Positions 11,701 to 26,400 of a stretch of 64,000 nt of DNA are shown piece after piece. The stretch is taken from assembly GCF_009914755.1 (NCBI RefSeq), contig NC_060948.1; one strand, 5' to 3'. Below the pieces are notes generated by a model. It ran no database searches, was not told the DNA's origin, and saw only the letters and a list, made by a program, of their open reading frames with translations. Source of the stretch: the human T2T-CHM13v2.0 reference genome, Homo sapiens. Both the position numbers and the translations under genes were made by a program. Positions within the stretch are counted from its first letter, which is position 1, and each line of letters opens with the position of its first letter.

Positions 11701-14700
11701 AAATGGAATGGAATTGAATGGAAAGTAATGCAATGGAATAGAACGGAACGAAATTTCACGGAATGGAATCAAACTGAATGGAATCAAATCAATGGAATCT
11801 AATCAAGTGGAATGGAAAGGAATTGAATGGAGTAGATTGGATTGGATGGGATTGGAATGAAATGTACTGGAAAGGACTCGAATTTCATGAAACGGAATGG
11901 AATGAATTGGAACGGAATGGACTCGAATGGAATGGAATGTCATGGAATGGCATCAAATGGAATGGCATCAAATGGAATGGAATCGAATGCAATGGAATGT
12001 TATGGAATGGAATGGAATGCATTGGAATGGAATGCCCTCTAATGGAATGGATTCGAGTGGAATGGAATCGAATATAATGGAGTCGAATGAAATGGAATTG
12101 AAAGGAATGGGATCGAATACAATGGAATATACTGGAATGTAATGTAATGAACTCGAATGTAATTGACTGGAATGGAATGTACATGAATGGAATGTAATCG
12201 AATGGAAAGTAATCCAAAGGAATAGAATCTAATGCAATAAAACCGACCCAGATAGAGTAGAATGTAATGGAATGGAGTGCAGTGCAATGGAATGGAATGG
12301 AATGGAATGCAATGGAATAGAATGGAATGGAATGGAATGGAATGGAATGGAATGGGATGGAATGGGATGGAATGGATAGTAATGGACTGGAGTGAAATGG
12401 ACTGGAAAGGAATGGACTCAAACTGAAAGGGCTCGAAAGGAATGGAGTCAAATGGAATGGTCTGGAATGGAATGAACACGAATGTAATGCAATCCAATAG
12501 AATGGAATCGAATGGCATGGAATATAAAGAAATGGAAACGAAGAGACTGGAAACAAATGGAATGGAATTGAATGGAATGGAATTGAATGGAATGGGAACG
12601 AATGGAGTGAAATTGTATGTAGTAGAAGAGAATAGAATGGAATGCAAGTGAAAGGAAAGGAATGGATTGGAATGGAATGGAATTCATTGGAATGGAAGGG
12701 AATGTAGTGTAATGGACTGGCCTGGAATAAAGTGGAATGCTACGGTCTCGAATGGAATAAAAATGTATGGAATGGAATGCAATGAAACGGAATCGAATGT
12801 CATAGAATGTAATGGAATGCAAAAAAATGGAATCCAAAATCATTGACTGGAAAGGCTGGGTGTCGAAAGGAATTGACTCCAATGGAATGGAATCGAATGG
12901 AATGGAAGTGAATAGAATCGAACTAAATCGAATGGAATGGAATTGATAGGAACGGAATGGAAAGGAATGCAATGATTTGGCATGGAATGGAATCGAATGG
13001 CATCGAATGGAATGGAATGGAATGCAATGGAATGGAATGTATTAGAATGTAATGAACTTTAATGGAATGTACTCGAATGGATTCGACTGGAATGGAATGT
13101 TCTGGAAGTGAATGGACTCCAATGGAATGGATTCAAAAGGAATGGAATCGTACGGAATGGAATCTAATGGAATGGAATTAAATGGAAATGAATCAAATTG
13201 AATAGCACGGAATTGAATTGAATGGAATGGAATGCAATGGAATCTAATGAAACGGAAAGGAAAGGAATGGAATGGAATGGAATGGGCTGGAATGGAAAGG
13301 AATCGAAACGAATGGAATGGAATCGAACTGAAGAGACTGGAATGGAATGCACTGGAATGGAAGGGAGTGTAATGGAAGGTTCTCGAAAAAAATGGAATGG
13401 AATGGAATGGAATTGAATGGAACGGAATAGAGTCGAATGGAATTGAATGGAATGGAATGGACTAGAGTGAAATGGAATCGAACCACAAGGAATGGACAGG
13501 AATAGAATGGTCTCGAATTGAATGGAATGGTATGGAATGGCATCAAACGGAACGGAATGGACAGCCACGGAATGGAATGCACTCGAATGCAATGGAGTCG
13601 AAACTAATGGACTGGAATAGAATGGACTCGACTGGTACGGACTCCAATGGAATGGAATCGAATGGAAGGGAATCGAACGGAATGGACTCGAAGGGAAAAG
13701 ACTGCAATGGAAAGGTCTCGAATGGAATGGAAATTAATGGAATGGAATGGAGTCGAATGAAATGGAGTCAAAAGGAATGGAATCGAATGGCAAGAAATCG
13801 AATGTAATGGAATCGCAAGGAATTGATGTGAACGGAACGGAATGGAATGGAATCCAAAGGAATGGAATAGAATGGAATGGAATCGAATGGAAAGGACTCG
13901 AATGGAAATCACTCGAATAGAATGCAATTTAATAAAATAGGATCAAATGTAATGGAATGGAATGGAAAGGAATCGAAACGAAAGGAATGGAGACAGATGG
14001 AATGGAATGGAACAGAGAGCAATGGTATAGAATGGAATGGAATCATCTGGAATGGAATTGAATGGAATGGAATAATATGAAATGGAATGGAATGGAATGG
14101 AATGGAATGCCCTTGAATTAAATGGACTGGAATGGAATGGACTCGAACAGAGTGGAATGGAAAGTGTTGAAATAGAATGGAATGGACTCCTTTGGAATGG
14201 TGTAGTATGCAATGCAATCGACTGGCAGGGAATCAAAAGGAATGTAATGGAATGGATTGGACTGGAATGCAATGGACTCGAATAGATTGGAAACGGAATG
14301 CAAAGGAATGGAATGGAATAGGATGGAATGGAATGGAAAGGAATGGATTGGAATAGACTAGAGTGGAATGGAATGGACTGGAAAGCAATGGACTGGAATG
14401 GAACTTTCTTGAATGGACTGGAATCAAACGGAATGGAATGCAATGCAATCAAATGGCATGGAATAAAATAGAATGAAAGAGAATCAAATGGAATTGAATC
14501 GAATGGAATCGAATGGATTGGAAAGGAATAGAATGGAATGGAATGGAATTGACTCAATTGGAATGGACTAGAATGGAATGGATTCGAATGGAAGGCAAAG
14601 GAATGGAATCTATTGGAATGGACTGTAATGGAATGGAATGGAAGGGATTGGAATGGACTCGAATGGAATGGACTGCAATAGAAAGGATTCGAATGGAATG

Positions 14701-17700
14701 AAAAAGAATTGAATGGAATAGAACAGAATGGAATCAAATCGAATGAAATGGAATGGAATAGAAAGGAATGGAATGAAATGGAATGGAAAGGATTCGAATG
14801 GAATGCAATCGAATGGAATGGAATCGAACGGAATGGAATAAAATGGAAGAAAACTGGCAAGAAATGGAATCGAAATGAATGGAGTGTTATGGAACGGACT
14901 CAAAAGGAATTGAATGTAATAGAATGGAGTGGAGTGGACTCGAATATAATGGACTGGAATGGAATGAAATCACATGGAATGGGAACGAATGGAATGGAAT
15001 GGAAAGGAATGGAATCGAATGGAAAGGAATCGAATGGAAGGGAATGAAATTGAATCAACAGGAATGGAAGGGAATAGAATAGACGGTAATGGAATGGACT
15101 CGAATAGAATGGACACGAATGCTCAAATTGAATGGACTCGAATGGAATGGAAACGAAAGGAATGTCATCGAATGGAATTGAATCGATTGGAATGAAATCG
15201 CATAGAATGGAGTGGAATCAAATGGAATTGAATCGAAAGGAAAGGAAGCGAATGGACTGAAATGAAATGGAATGGAATTGAATGGAAAGTAATGCAATGG
15301 AATAGAATGGAACGAAATTTCACGGAATGGAATCAAACTGAATGGAATCAAATCAATGGAATCAAATCAAATGGAATGGAAAGGAATTGAATGGAGTAGA
15401 TTGGATTGGATGGGATTGGAATGAAATGTACTGGAAAGGACTCGAATTTCATGAAACGGAATGGAATGAATTGGAACGGAATGGACTCGAATGGAATGGA
15501 ATGTCATGGAATGGCATCAAATGGAATGGCATCAAATGGAATGGAATCGAATGCAATGGAATGCTATGGAATGGAATGGAATGCATTGGAATGGAATGTC
15601 CTCTAATGGAATGGATTCGAGTGGAATGGAATCGAATATAATGGAGTCGAATGAAATGGAATTGAAAGGAGTGGGATCGAATACAATGGAATATACTGGA
15701 ATGTAATGTAATGAACTCGAATGTAATTGACTGGAATGGAATGTACATGAATGGAATGTAATCGAATGGAAAGTAATCCAATGGAATAGAATCTAATGCA
15801 ATAAAACCGACTCAGATAGAATAGAATGTAATGGAATGGAGTGCAGTGCAATGGAATGGAATGGAATGGAAGGCAATGGAATGGAATGGAATGGAATGGA
15901 ATGGAATGGGATGGAATGGGATGGAATGGATAGTAATGGACTGGAGTGAAATGGACTGGAAAGGAATGGACTCAAATTGAAAGGGCTCGAAAGGAATGGA
16001 GTCAAATGGAATGGTCTGGAATGGAATGAACACGAATGTAATGCAATCCAATAGAATGGAATCGAATGGCATGGAATATAAAGAAATGGAATCGAAGAGA
16101 ATGGAAACAAATGGAATGGAATTGAATGGAATGGAATTGAATGGAATGGGAACGAATGGAGTGAAATTGTATGCAGTAGAAGGGAATAGAATGGAATGCA
16201 AGCGAAAGGAAAGGAATGGATTGGAATGGAATGGAATTCATTGGAGTGGAAGGGAATGTAGTGTAATGGACAGGCCTGGAATAAAGTGGAATGCTACGGT
16301 CTCTAATGGAATAAAAATGTATGGAATGGAATGCAATGAAACGGAATCGAATGTCATAGAATGTAATGGAATGCAAACAAATGGAATCCAAAATCATTGA
16401 CTGGAAAGGCTGGGTGTCGAAAGGAATTGACTCCAATGGAATGGAATCGAATGGAATGGAAGTGAATAGAATGGAACTAAATCGAATGGAATGGAATTGA
16501 TAGGAACGGAATGGAAAGGAATGCAATGATTTGGCATGGAATGGAATCGAATGGCATCGAATGGAATGGAATGGAATGCAATGGAATGGAATGTATTAGA
16601 ATGTAATGAACTTTAATGGAATGTACTCGAATGGATTCGACTGGAATGGAATGTTCTGGAAGTGAATGGACTCCAATGGAATGGATTCAAAAGGAATGGA
16701 ATCGTACGGAATGGAATCTAATGGAATGGAATTAAATGGAAATGAATCAAATTGAATAGCACGGAATTGAATTGAATGAAATGGAATGCAATGGAATCTA
16801 ATGAAACGGAAAGGAAAGGAATGGAATGGAATGGAAAGGGCTGGAATGGAAAGGAATCGAAACGAATGGAATGGAATCGAACTGAAGAGACTGGAATGGA
16901 ATGCACTGGAATGGAAGGGAGTGTAATGGAAGGTTCTCGAAAAAAATGGAATCGAATGGAATGGAATTGAATGGAACGGAATAGAGTCGAATGGAATTGA
17001 ATGGAATGGAATGGACTAGAGTGAAATGGAATCGAACCACAAGGAATGGACAGGAATAGAATGGTCTCGAATTGAATGGAATCGTATGGAATGGCATCAA
17101 ACGGAATGGAATGGACAGCCACGGAATGGAATGCACTCGAATGCAATGGAGTCGAAACTAATGGACTGGAATAGAATGGACTCGACTGGTACGGACTCCA
17201 ATGGAATGGAATCGAATGGAAAGGAATCGAACGGAATGGACTCGAAGGGAAAAGACTGCAATGGAAAGGTCTCGAATGGAATGGAAATTAATGGAATGGA
17301 ATGGAATCGAATGAAATGGAGTCAAAAGGAATGGAATCGAATGGCAAGAAATCGAATGTAATGGAATCGCAAGGAATTGATGTGAACGGAACGGAATGGA
17401 ATGGAATCCAAAGGAATGGAATAGAATGGAATGGAATCGAATGGAAAGGACTCGAATGGAAATCACTCGAATAGAATGCAATTTAATAAAATAGGATCAA
17501 ATGTAATGGAATGGAATGGAAAGGAATCGAAACGAAAGGAAGGGAGACAGATGGAATGGAATGGAACAGAGAGCAATGGTATAGAATGGAATGGAATCAT
17601 CTGGAATGGAATTGAATGGAATGGAATAATATGAAATGGAATGGAATGGAATGCAATGGAATGCCCTTGAATTAAATGGACTGGAATGGAATGGACTCGA

Positions 17701-20700
17701 ACAGAGTGGAATGGAAAGTGTTGAGATAGAATGGAATGGACTCCTTTGGAATGGTGTAGTATGCAATGCAATCGACTGGCAGGGAATCAAAAGGAATGTA
17801 ATGGAATGGATTGGACTGGAATGCAATGGACTCGAATAGATTGGAAACGGAATGCAAAGGAATGGAATGGAATAGTATGGAATGGAATGGAAAGGAATGG
17901 AGTGGAATAGACTAGAGTGGAATGGAATGGACTGGAAAGCAATGGACTGGAATGGAACTTTCTTGAATGGACTGGAATCAAACGGAATGGAATGCAATGC
18001 AATCAAATGGCATGGAATAAAATAGAATGAAAGAGAATCAAATGGAATTGAATCGAATGGAATCGAATGGATTGGAAAGGAATAGAATGGAATGGAATGG
18101 AATTGACTCAAATGGAATGGACTAGAATGGAATGGATTCGAATGGAAGGCAAAGGAATGGAATCTATTGGAATGGACTGTAATGGAATGGAATGGAAGGG
18201 ATTGGAATGGACTCGAATGGAATGGACTGCAATAGAAAGGATTCGAATGGAATGAAAAAGAATTGAATGGAATAGAACAGAATGGAATCAAATCGAATGA
18301 AATGGAATGGAATAGAAAGGAATGGAATGAAATGGAATGGAAAGGATTCGAATGGAATGCAATCGAATGGAATGGAATCGAACGGAATGGAATAAAATGG
18401 AAGAAAACTGGCAAGAAATGGAATAGAAATGAATGGAGTGTTATGGAACGGACTCAAAAGGAATTGAATGTAATAGAATGGAGTGGAGTGGACTCGAATA
18501 TAATGGACTGGAATGGAATGAAATCACATGGAATGGGAACGAATGGAATGGAATGGAAAGGAATGGAATCGAATGGAAAGGAATCGAATGGAAGGGAATG
18601 AAATTGAATCAACAGGAATGGAAGGGAATAGAATAGACGGTAATGGAATGGACTCGAATAGAATGGACACGAATGCTCAAATTGAATGGACTCGAATGGA
18701 ATGGAAACGAAAGGAATGTCATCGAATGGAATTGAATCGATTGGAATGAAATCGCATAGAATGGAGTGGAATCAAATGGAATTGAATCGAAAGGAAAGGA
18801 AGCGAATGGACTGAAATGAAATCGAATGGAATTGAATGGAAAGTAATGCAATGGAATAGAATGGAACGAAATTTCACGGAATGGAATCAAACTGAATGGA
18901 ATCAAATCAATGGAATCTAATCAAATGGAATGGAAAGGAATTGAATGGAGTAGATTGGATTGGATGGGATTGGAATGAAATGTACTGGAAAGGACTCGAA
19001 TTTCATGAAACGGAATGGAATGAATTGGAACGGAATGGACTCGAATGGAATGGAATGTCATGGAATGGCATCAAATGGAATGGCATCAAATGGAATGGAA
19101 TCGAATGCAATGGAATGCTATGGAATGGAATGGAATGCATTGGAATGGAATGTCCTCTAATGGAATGGATTCGAGTGGAATGGAATCGAATATAATGGAG
19201 TCGAATGAAATGGAATTGAAAGGAGTGGGATCGAATACAATGGAATATACTGGAATGTAATGTAATGAACTCGAATGTAATTGACTGGAATTGAATGTAC
19301 ATGAATGGAATGTAATCGAATGGAAAGTAATCCAATGGAATAGAATCTAATGCAATAAAACCGACTCAGATAGAGTAGAATGTAATGGAATGGAGTGCAG
19401 TGCAATGGAATGGAATGGAATGGAATGCAATGGAATGGAATGGAATGGAATGGAATGGAATGGAATGGAATGGAATGGAATGGGATGGAATGGGATGGAA
19501 TGGATAGTAATGGACTGGAGTGAAATGGACTGGAAAGGAATGGACTCAAATTGAAAGGGCTCGAAAGGAATGGAGTCAAATGGAATGGTCTGGAATGGAA
19601 TGAACACGAATGTAATGCAATCCAATAGAATGGAATCGAATGGCATGGAATATAAAGAAATGGAATCGAAGAGAATGGAAACAAATGGAATGGAATTGAA
19701 TGGAATGGAATTGAATGGAATGGGAACGAATGGAGTGAAATTGTATGCAGTAGAAGGGAATAGAATGGAATGCAAGCGAAAGGAAAGGAATGGATTGGAA
19801 TGGAATGGAATTCATTGGAATGGAAGGGAATGTAGTGTAATGGACAGGCCTGGAATAAAGTGGAATGCTACGGTCTCGAATGGAATAAAAATGTATGGAA
19901 TGGAATGCAATGAAACGGAATCGAATGTCATAGAATGTAATGGAATGCAAAAAAATGGAATCCAAAATCATTGACTGGAAAGGCTGGGTGTCGAAAGGAA
20001 TTGACTCCAATGGAATGGAATCGAATGGAATGGAAGTGAATAGAATCGAACTAAATCGAATGGAATGGAATTGATAGGAACGGAATGGAAAGGAATGCAA
20101 TGATTTGGCATGGAATGGAATCGAATGGCATCGAATGGAATGGAATGGAATGCAATGGAATGGAATGTATTAGAATGTAATGAACTTTAATGGAATGTAC
20201 TCGAATGGATTCGACTGGAATGGAATGTTCTGGAAGTGAATGGACTCCAATGGAATGGATTCAAAAGGAATGGAATCGTACGGAATGGAATCTAATGGAA
20301 TGGAATTAAATGGAAATGAATCAAATTGAATAGCACGGAATTGAATTGAATGGAATGGAATGCAATGGAATCTAATGAAACGGAAAGGAAAGGAATGGAA
20401 TGGAATGGAATGGGCTGGAATGGAAAGGAATCGAAACGAATGGAATGGAATCGAACTGAAGAGACTGGAATGGAATGCACTGGAATGGAAGGGAGTGTAA
20501 TGGAAGGTTCTCGAAAAAAATGGAATGGAATGGAATGGAATTGAATGGAACGGAATAGAGTCGAATGGAATTGAATGGAATGGAATGGACTAGAGTGAAA
20601 TGGAATGGAACCACAAGGAATGGACAGGAATAGAATGGTCTCGAATTGAATGGAATCATATGGAATGGCATCAAACGGAATGGAATGGACAGCCACGGAA

Positions 20701-21210
20701 TGGAATGCACTCGAATGCAATGGAGTCGAAACTAATGGACAGGAATAGAATGGACTCGACTGGTACGGACTCCAATGGAATGGAATCGAATGGAAGGGAA
20801 CCGAACGGAATGGACTAGAAGGGAAAAGACTGCAATGGAAAGGTCTCGAATGGAATGGAAATTAATGGAATGGAATGGAATCGAATGAAATGGAGTCAAA
20901 AGGAATGGAATCGAATGGCAAGAAATCGAATGTAATGGAATCGCAAGGAATTGATGTGAACGGAACGGAATGGAATGGAATCCAAAAGAATGGAATAGAA
21001 TGGAATGGAATCGAATGGAAAGGACTCGAATGGAAATCACTCGAATAGAATGCAATTTAATAAAATAGGATCAAATGTAATGGAATGGAATGGAAAGGAA
21101 TCGAAACGAAAGGAATGGAGACAGATGGAATGGAATGGAACAGAGAGCAATGGTATAGAATGGAATGGAATCATCTGGAATGGAATTGAATGGAATGGAA
21201 TAATATGAAA

Positions 21211-21255
21211 TGGAATGGAATGGAATGGAATGGAATGGAATGGAATGGAATGGAA
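21211..21255 (+). repeat. Expanded allele of pure (TGGAA)n tract B
   Basis: Nine pentamers between TAATATGAAA and TGCCC, against 5 in most monomers (e.g. 3401-3425) and 7 at ~24770 and ~35480. Confidence 0.9.
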
Positions 21256-23499
21256 TGCCCTTGAATTAAATGGACTGGAATGGAATGGACTCGAACAGAG
21301 TGGAATGGAAAGTGTTGAGATAGAATGCAATGGACTCCTTCGGAATGGTCTAGTATGCAATGCAATCGACTGGCAGGGAATCAAAAGGAATGTAATCGAA
21401 TGGATTGGACTGGAATGCAGTGGACTCGAATAGATTGGAAACGGAATGCAAAGGAATGGAATGGAATAGTATGGAATGGAATGGAAAGGAATGGAGTGGA
21501 ATAGACTAGAGTGGAATGGAATGGACTGGAAAGCAATGGACTGGAATGGAACTTTCTTGAATGGACTGGAATCAAACGGAATGGAATGCAATGCAATCAA
21601 ATGGCATGGAATAAAATAGAATGAAAGAGAATCAAATGGAATTGAATCGAATGGAATCGAATGGATTGGAAAGGAATAGAATGGAATGGAATGGAATTGA
21701 CTCAAATGGAATGGACTAGAATGGAATGGATTCGAATGGAAGGCAAAGGAATGGAATCTATTGGAATGGACTGTAATGGAATGGAATGGAAGGGATTGGA
21801 ATGGACTCGAATGGAATGGACTGCAATAGAAAGGATTCGAATGGAATGAAAAAGAATTGAATGGAATAGAACAGAATGGAATCAAATCGAATGAAATGGA
21901 ATGGAATAGAAAGGAATGGAATGAAATGGAATGGAAAGGATTCGAATGGAATGCAATCGAATGGAATGGAATCGAACGGAATGGAATAAAATGGAAGAAA
22001 ACTGGCAAGAAATGGAATCGAAATGAATGGAGTGTTATGGAACGGACTCAAAAGGAATTGAATGTAATAGAATGGAGTGGAGTGGACTCGAATATAATGG
22101 ACTGGAATGGAATGAAATCACATGGAATGGGAACAAATGGAATGGAATGGAAAGGAATGGAATCGAATGGAAAGGAATCGAATGGAAGGGAATGAAATTG
22201 AATCAACAGGAATGGAAGGGAATAGAATAGACGGTAATGGAATGGACTCGAATAGAATGGACACGAATGCTCAAATTGAATGGACTCGAATGGAATGGAA
22301 ACGAAAGGAATGTCATCGAATAGAATTGAATCGATTGGAATGAAATCGCAAGAATGGAGTGGAATCAAATGGAATTGAATCGAAAGGAAAGGAAGCGAAT
22401 GGACTGAAATGAAATGGAATGGAATTGAATGGAAAGTAATGCAATGGAATAGAATGGAACGAAATTTCACGGAATGGAATCAAACTGAAAGGAATCAAAT
22501 CAATGGAATCTAATCAAATGGAATGGAAAGGAATTGAATGGAGTAGATTGGATTGGATGGGATTGGAGTGAAATGTACTGGAAAGGACTCGAATTTCATG
22601 AAACGGAATGGAATGAATTGGAACGGAATGGACTCGAATGGAATGGAATGTCATGGAATGGCATCAAATGGAATGGCATCAAATGGAATGGAATCGAATG
22701 CAATGGAATGCTATGGAATGGAATGGAATGCATTGGAATGGAATGTCCTCTAATGGAATGGATTCGAGTGGAATGGAATCGAATATAATGGAGTCGAATG
22801 AAATGGAATTGAAAGGAATGGGATCGAATACAATGGAATATACTGGAATGTAATGTAATGAACTCGAATGTAATTGACTGGAATGGAATGTACATGAATG
22901 GAATGTAATCGAATGGAAAGTAATCCAATGGAATAGAATCTAATGCAATAAAATCGACTCAGATAGAGTAGAATGTAATGGAATGGAGTGTAGTGCAATG
23001 GAATGGAATGGAATGGAATGCAATTGAATGGAATGGAATGGGATGGAATGGTATGGAATGGATAGTAATGGACTGGAGTGAAATGGACTGGAAAGGAATG
23101 GACTCAAATTGAAAGGGCTCGAAAGGAATGGAGTCAAATGGAATGGTCTGGAATGGAATGAACACGAATGTAATGCAATCCAATAGAATGGAATCGAATG
23201 GCATGGAATATAAAGAAATGGAATCGAAGAGAATGGAAACAAATGGAATGGAATTGAATGGAATGGAATTGAATGGAATGCGAACGAATGGAGTGAAATT
23301 GTATGCAGTAGAAGGGAATAGAATGGAATGCAAGCGAAAGGAAAGGAATGGATTGGAATGGAATGGAATTCATTGGAATGGAAGGGAATGTAGTGTAATG
23401 GACAGGCCTGGAATAAAGTGGAATGCTACTGTCTCGAATGGAATAAAAATGTATGGAATGGAATGCAATGAAACGGAATCGAATGTCATAGAATGTAAT

Positions 23500-26400
23500 G
23501 GAATGCAAAAAAATGGAATCCAAAATCATTGACTGGAAAGGCTGGGTGTCGAAAGGAATTGACTCCAATGGAATGGAATCGAATGGAATGGAAGTGAATA
23601 GAATCGAACTAAATCGAATGGAATGGAATTGATAGGAACGGAATGGAAAGGAATGCAATGATTTGGCATGGAATGGAATCGAATGGCATCGAATGGAATG
23701 GAATGGAATGCAATGGAATGGAATGTATTAGAATGTAATGAACTTTAATGGAATGTACTCGAATGGATTCGACTGGAATGGAATGTTCTGGAAGTGAATG
23801 GACTCCAATGGAATGGATTCAAAAGGAATGGAATCGTACGGAATGGAATCTAATGGAATGGAATTAAATGGAAATGAATCAAATTGAATAGCACGGAATT
23901 GAATTGAATGGAATGGAATGCAATGGAATCTAATGAAACGGAAAGGAAAGGAATGGAATGGAATGGAATGGGCTGGAATGGAAAGGAATCGAAACGAATG
24001 GAATGGAATCGAACTGAAGAGACTGGAATGGAATGCACTGGAATGGAAGGGAGTGTAATGGAAGGTTCTCGAAAAAAATGGAATCGAATGGAATGGAATT
24101 GAATGGAACGGAATAGAGTCGAATGGAATTGAATGGAATGGAATGGACTAGAGTGAAATGGAATCGAACCACAAGGAATGGACAGGAATAGAATGGTCTC
24201 GAATTGAATGGAATCGTATGGAATGGCATCAAACGGAATGGAATGGACAGCCACGGAATGGAATGCACTCGAATGCAATGGAGTCGAAACTAATGGACTG
24301 GAATAGAATGGACTCGACTGGTACGGACTCCAATGGAATGGAATCGAATGGAAGGGAATCGAACGGAATGGACTCGAAGGGAAAAGACTGCAATGGAAAG
24401 GTCTCGAATGGAATGGAAATTAATGGAATGGAATGGAATCGAATGAAATGGAGTCAAAAGGAATGGAATCGAATGGCAAGAAATCGAATGTAATGGAATC
24501 GCAAGGAATTGATGTGAACGGAACGGAATGGAATGGAATCCAAAGGAATGGAATAGAATGGAATGGAATCGAATGGAAAGGACTCGAATGGAAATCACTC
24601 GAATAGAATGCAATTTAATAAAATAGGATCAAATGTAATGGAATGGAATGGAAAGGAATCGAAACGAAAGGAATGGAGACAGATGGAATGGAATGGAACA
24701 GAGAGCAATGGTATAGAATGGAATGGAATCATCTGGAATGGAATTGAATGGAATGGAATAATATGAAATGGAATGGAATGGAATGGAATGGAATGGAATG
24801 GAATGCCCTTGAATTAAATGGACTGGAATGGAATGGACTCGAACAGAGTGGAATGGAAAGTGTTGAGATAGAATGCAATGGACTCCTTCGGAATGGTCTA
24901 GTATGCAATGCAATCGACTGGCAGGGAATCAAAAGGAATGTAATCGAATGGATTGGACTGGAATGCAGTGGACTCGAATAGATTGGAAACGGAATGCAAA
25001 GGAATGGAATGGAATAGTATGGAATGGAATGGAAAGGAATGGAGTGGAATAGACTAGAGTGGAATGGAATGGACTGGAAAGCAATGGACTGGAATGGAAC
25101 TTTCTTGAATGGACTGGAATCAAACGGAATGGAATGCAATGCAATCAAGTGGCATGGAATAAAATAGAATGAAAGAGAATCAAATTGAATTGAATCGAAT
25201 GGAATCGAATGGATTGGAAAGGAATAGAATGGAATGGAATGGAATTGACTCAAATGGAATGGACTAGAATGGAATGGATTCGAATGGAAGGCAAAGGAAT
25301 GGAACCTATTGGAATGGACTGTAATGGAATGGAATGGAAGGGATTGGAATGGACTCGAATGGAATGGACTGCAATAGAAAGGATTCGAATGGAATGAAAA
25401 AGAATTGAACGGAATAGAACAGAATGGAATCAAATCGAATGAAATGGAATGGAATAGAAAGGAATGGAATGAAATGGAATGGAAAGGATTCGAATGGAAT
25501 GCAATCGAATGGAATGGAATCGAACGGAATGGAATAAAATGGAAGAAAACTGGCAAGAAATGGAATCGAAATGAATGGAGTGTTATGGAACGGACTCAAA
25601 AGGAATTGAATGTAATAGAATGGAGTGGAGTGGACTCGAATATAATGGACTGGAATGGAATGAAATCACATGGAATGGGAACGAATGGAATGGAATGGAA
25701 AGGAATGGAATCGAATGGAAAGGAATCGAATGGAAGGGAATGAAATTGAATCAACAGGAATAGAAGGGAATAGAATAGACGGTAATGGAATGGACTCGAA
25801 TAGAATGGACACGAATGCTCAAATTGAATGGACTCCAATGGAATGGAAACGAAAGGAATGTCATCGAATAGAATTGAATCGATTGGAATGAAATCGCAAG
25901 AATGGAGTGGAATCAAATGGAATTGAATCGAAAGGAAAGGAAGCGAATGGACTGAAATGAAATGGAATGGAATTGAATGGAAAGTAATGCAATGGAATAG
26001 AATGGAACGAAATTTCACGGAATGGAATCAAACTGAAAGGAATCAAATCAATGGAATCTAATCAAATGGAATGGAAAGGAATTGAATGGAGTAGATTGGA
26101 TTGGATGGGATTGGAGTGAAATGTACTGGAAAGGACTCGAATTTCATGAAACGGAATGGAATGAATTGGAACGGAATGGACTCGAATGGAATGGAATTTC
26201 AGGGAATGGCATCAAATGGAATGGCATCAAATGGAATGGAATCGAATGCAATGGAATGCTATGGAATGGAATGGAATGCATTGGAATGGAATGTCCTCTA
26301 ATGGAATGGATTCGAGTGGAATGGAATCGAATATAATGGAGTCGAATGAAATGGAATTGAAAGGAATGGGATCGAATACAATGGAATATGCTGGAATGTA

